Shown: one piece after another, positions 58,203-64,000 of the stretch
Position numbering within the stretch: position 1 is the stretch's first letter
How the letters are laid out: each line of letters opens with the position of its first letter
From: Thermodesulfobacteriota bacterium
GTDB lineage: Bacteria; Desulfobacterota_D; UBA1144; Nemesobacterales; Nemesobacteraceae
DNA: 64,000 nucleotides
Reading direction: 5' to 3'
NCBI GenBank assembly: GCA_965202785.1
Contig: OZ241855.1
Span: 416,001-480,000 of the forward strand
Notes under the pieces: model-generated
The model's database searches: none
What the model was told of the DNA's origin: nothing
The model's input: the letters and a program-made list of their open reading frames with translations, nothing else
Position numbers and translations under genes: made by a program

Positions 58203-59014
58203 TTTATTGCGTGGAAGCTGTCGGCCAATCTCGCGAATTCCTCAACCGAAAGGGATTCCGCCCTTCTCCGCTGATCGATACTCGAATCTGAAAGCGCCCG
58301 TTCAACGGTCTCCCTCTCAAAAAAGTTGCCGAGCGAATTTCTTATGGTCTTTCTCCGCGAGGAGAACGCGTATCTGGTAACAGTCCTGAAGGTTTTCTCG
58401 CTCGATACAGAAAAAACAGGCTCTTTAAGCGGGTCGAGCACCACCACCGCAGAATCCACCTCGGGAACCGGATAGAACGCATGCCGGGAAACCTTGAAGG
58501 CTGTCTCCACGCTGAAACAGCTCTGGAGAAGTACCGAGAGGGAGCCATAGCTTTTCCGCCCCTTTGCAGAACATATCCTCTGTGCCACTTCCTTTTGCAG
58601 CATCACAACTATTCTCGAGAAAAGTTCTCTTTCATCAAGAAGCTTAAGCAGAATCCGGGTGGATATGTTATAGGGAAGATTGGATACAAGTTTCGTTTTT
58701 CCCCTGTCGGAAAAACGGCTGAAATCGATTTTAAGAACGTCTTCGTAAACAAATCTGACGTTTGCAGATTCCCCGAATTTCCCGTCAAGAAAGGTTCTCA
58801 GCCTCTCGTCCTTCTCAATTGCCGTGACTCTGCCGGCGCCGTGCGCGAGATGCTCCGTGAGGCTGCCTTTGCCAGGTCCGATTTCAATCACATGATCTTC
58901 TTTGTGTAGCTTTGCTGTCGCGCAGATCTTACGGAGTATGTTAGGATCATTCAGAAAATTCTGTCCAAGCCTCTTAGTCTGCCGGAATATCTGCTCCCGC
59001 TTCATATCATCCAT
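58196..59014 (-). CDS. rsmA: 16S rRNA m6,2A dimethyltransferase
   Basis: LGQNFL, EIGPG.G.LT, NLPYNI, QKEVA and P.P.VDS motifs. Confidence 0.96.
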   Translation of the reverse strand: MDDMKREQIFRQTKRLGQNFLNDPNILRKICATAKLHKEDHVIEIGPGKGSLTEHLAHGAGRVTAIEKDERLRTFLDGKFGESANVRFVYEDVLKIDFSRFSDRGKTKLVSNLPYNISTRILLKLLDERELFSRIVVMLQKEVAQRICSAKGRKSYGSLSVLLQSCFSVETAFKVSRHAFYPVPEVDSAVVVLDPLKEPVFSVSSEKTFRTVTRYAFSSRRKTIRNSLGNFFERETVERALSDSSIDQRRRAESLSVEEFARLADSFHAINQ

Positions 59015-59079
59015 CCGTTCAAGGCGGAGACTGTTTCAGAACAGTCTTTAAATATGGAAGCAAAGAATGAAGGTCAAAG

Positions 59080-59355
59080 TTATTCTTCTTTGAACCTGAA
59101 TATCTTTTCTTTGTCTTTTATCATCCCCAGTTCCTCTCTCAGTATTTTCTCAATGTATCTTTCGTCTTGCTTCAGGGCTTTTATTTCCCCTCTGTACACC
59201 CTGTTCTGCGCTTCTAAATCCTCTATTCTCTTCTCTATTCTCTTGTTTTCGTTCTTGAGAAAATAGACCTTGGAAATCTCGTTGAAAAACATCAAGGCCA
59301 CCACCACGGCAATCACCGAGTACACAGCTAATCTGATAAATCTTCCCGGTCTCAT
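59080..59355 (-). CDS. ftsB: Septum formation initiator FtsB/DivIC
   Basis: TM helix, coiled coil and IE...RE.LGM....E..F motif. Confidence 0.8.
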   Translation of the reverse strand: MRPGRFIRLAVYSVIAVVVALMFFNEISKVYFLKNENKRIEKRIEDLEAQNRVYRGEIKALKQDERYIEKILREELGMIKDKEKIFRFKEE

Positions 59356-59362
59356 ATCTCCT

Positions 59363-60004
59363 CTAAAGGGCAAAAGTTCCCACGAGAAAAGGATTGGTTC
59401 TTTTTTCAATTCCCACTGTTGTTTGAGGACCGTGGCCTGGGTGGATTTCGTAATGGTCGGGATATTTAAGAATCTCGGAGCAGATCGACCCGACAAGCTC
59501 CGTCATGTTCGTTCCCCCGGTGAGATCCACCCTGCCTACGCTTCCAGCGAAAACAGTGTCTCCAGCTATTATCGATTCTCCAAAAACAAAACATATATGC
59601 CCCCAGGTGTGTCCCGGAACAAGGAGTATCTCTCCTTTAAGATTCCCCACAGAAAGAGTTTCTCCTTCTTTCACGTAACCTTCTACCTCGGGGACTTCGA
59701 CGAAATCAAATCCGGGGAATCTCATCTTCGCCTCGGGAAGCAAATCAAGTACGGGTCGTTCTTTTTCATGTATGTAAAAGGGTATGCCAAGCATTTTCTT
59801 GAAAGTCTCGACGCCGGCCACGTGATCCAGGTGCGTGTGGGTGTTAACTATCTTTTTTACCTCGAGCCCCGATCTTTCAATTTCCTCGGATATCTCCGCT
59901 ATCTGCTCTCCGGGATCAACGAGCATAGCCTCGTTCGTATCTTCATCCCCTATGATGTAACAGTTTTCAATGAATATCCCGCCCGGGATGCATTTTATTA
60001 TCAA
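59363..60004 (-). CDS. MBL-fold metallo-hydrolase (YcbL/glyoxalase II-like)
   Basis: NCY, DPG, THTHLDH, PGHT.GH, GD and PGHG motifs. Confidence 0.92.
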   Translation of the reverse strand: MIIKCIPGGIFIENCYIIGDEDTNEAMLVDPGEQIAEISEEIERSGLEVKKIVNTHTHLDHVAGVETFKKMLGIPFYIHEKERPVLDLLPEAKMRFPGFDFVEVPEVEGYVKEGETLSVGNLKGEILLVPGHTWGHICFVFGESIIAGDTVFAGSVGRVDLTGGTNMTELVGSICSEILKYPDHYEIHPGHGPQTTVGIEKRTNPFLVGTFAL

Positions 60005-60294
60005 CCTGATCTCCTTTGAGTCTTGTTTATACGAAAATCGATGAACCCGCCCTCAGGTGGAAGCCACTTGAATTCAACCGACTCGACCTTTGCGTGGGGC
60101 GGCCCTTCTCCGCACCACTCAATCAGCTTTTCGAGGTTCTCGGTCGTTCCTTCAGCGACTATTCTGACGGTTCCATCCATGAGGTTCTCGACATGTCCCT
60201 TGATGCCAAGCTCAGTCGCTGTTTGGGCCGTCGAGGCTCTGAAATAAACTCCCTGTACCCTTCCCTTTATCAGGATAACGGCTCTTCGTTCCAT
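60001..60294 (-). CDS. acyP: Acylphosphatase
   Basis: GRVQGV.FR, G.V.N..DG.V and GPP.A.V motifs. Confidence 0.95.
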   Translation of the reverse strand: MERRAVILIKGRVQGVYFRASTAQTATELGIKGHVENLMDGTVRIVAEGTTENLEKLIEWCGEGPPHAKVESVEFKWLPPEGGFIDFRINKTQRRSG

Positions 60295-60305
60295 CCGATT
60301 CTTCC

Positions 60306-60334
60306 AGAGTACCGAAAGGCTCTGTCAGTGTCAA
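60306..60334 (-). promoter_or_regulatory. sigma70 promoter for acyP
   Basis: TTGACA-17 nt-TACTCT, ending 11 nt before the ATG. Confidence 0.6.
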
Positions 60335-60379
60335 TGAACATAGAGATTCGGGGACTTTAAAGTAAGCACCGGAGCATGA

Positions 60380-61774
<1,395 letters not shown>

Positions 61775-61816
61775 CCGTCATAAGAATCGTTCGGCAACCT
61801 GAATAACCCATTGTTC

Positions 61817-63235
61817 TCAGCCGCTATCAACAATGTCTGTTCGGATGGCTGAGGCTTTTTTCGAAACCCGAAATCTCCACCATTCCCAAGCGAGAAGGAT
61901 CCACACGGGCGCAAACTCTATCCATATCACCGCGTCTCCAAATATTCCACCTTCCTCCGGGTGAGAGGGGAAATAGTACTGAAGGTAATAAAGAGGGAGC
62001 AGTGCGGTTAGAGCAAGAAAACCCGGGCTTGGAGCTATGCAGAGAAACGGAAGAAGCCACGTGTAGTACCAAGGAAACTGTGCCGGGATCAGCAGAAACA
62101 CACCTCCAATTATAAGAAGAGCCTTTCTGTGGAGACCTAAAGGCCTGCATGCAAAAGCCACGTAAAACTTCCAGAGAAGAAAAATCGCGACGAGACCAAT
62201 TCTTGAATGTTTCTGCGCATGTCCGGGGTGAATATCAAACGCCTCCAGAACAAACTCCCATCCCGAAAGAATCGCCGCGAAGAACGGACTGTTGTTCTGC
62301 CAGCTTTTTCCGTACGCTACGATGCCGGAAGTCGAATCCAGCTTAAATACAACCATGGGAAGAAATATGACTAAGACCGCAGTGGCGAAAATAAAGATCT
62401 GCAGCAGCGTTCGCCGTTTCTCCTTAAGGGGATTTAAAAACATTCCGAAAAGAAGCGCCGGCCAGAGCTTGACTCCCACCGCCAAGGAAAGGACGAGCGT
62501 CCAGAGCCTTTTCCTTTCGCAGAGAAAAAGAAGAATTGCTCCCAGCACGAACGGAAACGCCAGGACGTCCATGTGCAGGGAATTGAATATCTCCTTCACC
62601 AGAAGCGGGTTCCACCAGTAGATAATGGAATATTGACGAGGAATGCCGAGTTTCTTCAAACTAGCAAGCAGAAGTCCCAGCGTAACCAAGTCAAACACCA
62701 TGAGCAGAATCCTCCACGCCGTGATACTCATGGGAGATATCTTGTAGGATACGGCAAAGAAGAATTCCGCTATAGGCGGATAGATGGTTTTTACATGAGG
62801 GTGATTTACTTTCTCAAGCGTATTGCCGTAGAGGTTCCTGAGTTCCTTAAGTTTTTCGTTTCCCACGCCTTTTATCACTTCCTCCGGGGAGTACTCGTAG
62901 GGATTCATTCCGCTTGCAACAACGGCGCCGTCCCAGAAGTAGCGGTGATAGTCGTTTTCAAGTATCGGGGTTGAAAAAAGAAACAGAACACGGAACCCGA
63001 TACCAAAAAGAATTATTAGAAGAAGCGAACACGCACGATTTTTTCTGAAACTTCCCACCGCCGCGAAGTAAACAGCGGAGGAAGCAACCAGAAGCGATAT
63101 GAAAACCGGTATGAGATCTCTCTTAAAAGCCCCGGAGGTAAGTTCCGGGGAGATTTTGGCGATAGCTCCAAGCAGGAGAAAAACAGCTGTTCCGCACAGG
63201 AGAAGGAGCCAGTTCGCTTTATTGATTTTCCGCAT
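61817..63235 (-). CDS. GT-C fold integral membrane glycosyltransferase (GT87/DUF2029-like)
   Basis: Polytopic protein with D..RY.WDG...G.NPY, IYPP, WNPL...E....H.D and PWY motifs. Confidence 0.75.
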   Translation of the reverse strand: MRKINKANWLLLLCGTAVFLLLGAIAKISPELTSGAFKRDLIPVFISLLVASSAVYFAAVGSFRKNRACSLLLIILFGIGFRVLFLFSTPILENDYHRYFWDGAVVASGMNPYEYSPEEVIKGVGNEKLKELRNLYGNTLEKVNHPHVKTIYPPIAEFFFAVSYKISPMSITAWRILLMVFDLVTLGLLLASLKKLGIPRQYSIIYWWNPLLVKEIFNSLHMDVLAFPFVLGAILLFLCERKRLWTLVLSLAVGVKLWPALLFGMFLNPLKEKRRTLLQIFIFATAVLVIFLPMVVFKLDSTSGIVAYGKSWQNNSPFFAAILSGWEFVLEAFDIHPGHAQKHSRIGLVAIFLLWKFYVAFACRPLGLHRKALLIIGGVFLLIPAQFPWYYTWLLPFLCIAPSPGFLALTALLPLYYLQYYFPSHPEEGGIFGDAVIWIEFAPVWILLAWEWWRFRVSKKASAIRTDIVDSG

Positions 63236-63287
63236 CAATAGGTACAATTACGAAAATAATGTTTCATTCGGTTCGGAATCCCGGAAG

Positions 63288-63830
63288 ATGAGCGAGAGTA
63301 GAGACAAATTAAAACTAATTCTAAAAAGCAAATCAATCCTGCTCGGAAACTTCACTCTGGCATCGGGAAAGCAGAGTTCCTACTACATTGACGCCAGGCT
63401 CACGACCCTGGACCCTGAAGGCGCCCATTTGATATCAAAAATATTCCTGGGCGAAATCGCCGCTCAGGGAGGCGTAACCGCCGTCGGAGGACCGTCCACG
63501 GGCGCCGACCCGATGGTGGGAGCCATAATTTCCAAAAGTTATGAGCAGGGCATGCCGCTTCGCGGATTCATAGTAAGAAAGAAGGAAAAGGAACATGGGA
63601 CCGGAAACATGATAGAGGGCGGACTTACCCAGGGAGACAGTGTGGCAATAGTTGAGGACGTGATTACGACCGGCGGTTCCGTGCTAAGAGCCATTGATCT
63701 TGTCGAGTCCGCCGGAGCCAAAGTCCGCGGGGTTCTCTGCGTCGTCGACAGGGGAGAGAACACAGAAAAAGCCTTCGTTGAGCGGGGCTGTAGCTTTTTT
63801 TCCATATTCAGGGTTTCGGAACTTCTCTAG
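63288..63830 (+). CDS. pyrE: Orotate phosphoribosyltransferase
   Basis: FTLASG..S.YY.D, RK..K.HG and VEDVITTGGS motifs. Confidence 0.95.
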   Translation: MSESRDKLKLILKSKSILLGNFTLASGKQSSYYIDARLTTLDPEGAHLISKIFLGEIAAQGGVTAVGGPSTGADPMVGAIISKSYEQGMPLRGFIVRKKEKEHGTGNMIEGGLTQGDSVAIVEDVITTGGSVLRAIDLVESAGAKVRGVLCVVDRGENTEKAFVERGCSFFSIFRVSELL

Positions 63831-63929
63831 AAAACTCCACGCCTAACCCTTTTGTTTTTCGCACAAACCGGAATGATATTTGGTTTTTACGTAATCACTG
63901 CCGCCTACATTTAGCGGGGAGACAATTTA

Positions 63930-64000
63930 TTGAGCGTCTTGCTTGTTGTAACACTTGTGCTTTCGGGATTTCTGGCCCTTAACATAGGAGCCAACAATTC
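63930..64000 (+). CDS. Inorganic phosphate transporter (PiT family), 5' fragment
   Basis: TTG start after GGGGAG. Translates LSVLLVVTLVLSGFLALNIGANN, matching the PiT GAN signature. Runs off the window. Confidence 0.65.
   Translation, partial: MSVLLVVTLVLSGFLALNIGANN

Noticed and set aside
59028-59047. AGACTGTT/AACAGTCT dyad between ftsB and rsmA
   Set aside because: No U-tract on the coding strand, and a single 8-bp dyad is not enough to assign a function.

Overview
This is a 64-kb core-chromosome segment (roughly 50% GC by eye) of a diderm bacterium with deltaproteobacteria-like gene content. A deep lineage such as Ca. Dadabacteria is a plausible guess but cannot be verified here. It is almost entirely housekeeping: a dcw cluster (mraZ-rsmH-ftsL-ftsI-murEF-mraY-murD-ftsW-murGCB-ftsQAZ, no ddl) head-to-head with murJ; SPFH-lgt-trkA-trkH; ribF-aroE; recJ; aroQ; ftsY-ribD-nadD-rsfS; rho; yebC-ruvCAB; tolQRA; argS-SPOR; ffh-rpsP-khpA-rimM-trmD-rplS; polA-dacB; rsmA; thrC; pyrE. 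The only mobile DNA is a truncated IS5-family transposase remnant. I saw no tRNA, rRNA, CRISPR or prophage, and no clearly novel multi-gene system. The most interesting signals are: (1) a TrmD-Tm1570 double-SPOUT fusion with a diverged SAM-binding loop; (2) an orphan 436-aa SagB/nitroreductase-like flavoprotein; (3) a Cld/ChdC-family heme protein with an atypical distal residue; (4) a TGGCA-type MraZ operator paired with a diverged MraZ motif; (5) candidate structured RNAs upstream of ribF and between rho and yebC; (6) several apparently leaderless or short-leader genes and a possible AUA start for rsfS; (7) genes hinting at unusual membrane lipids.
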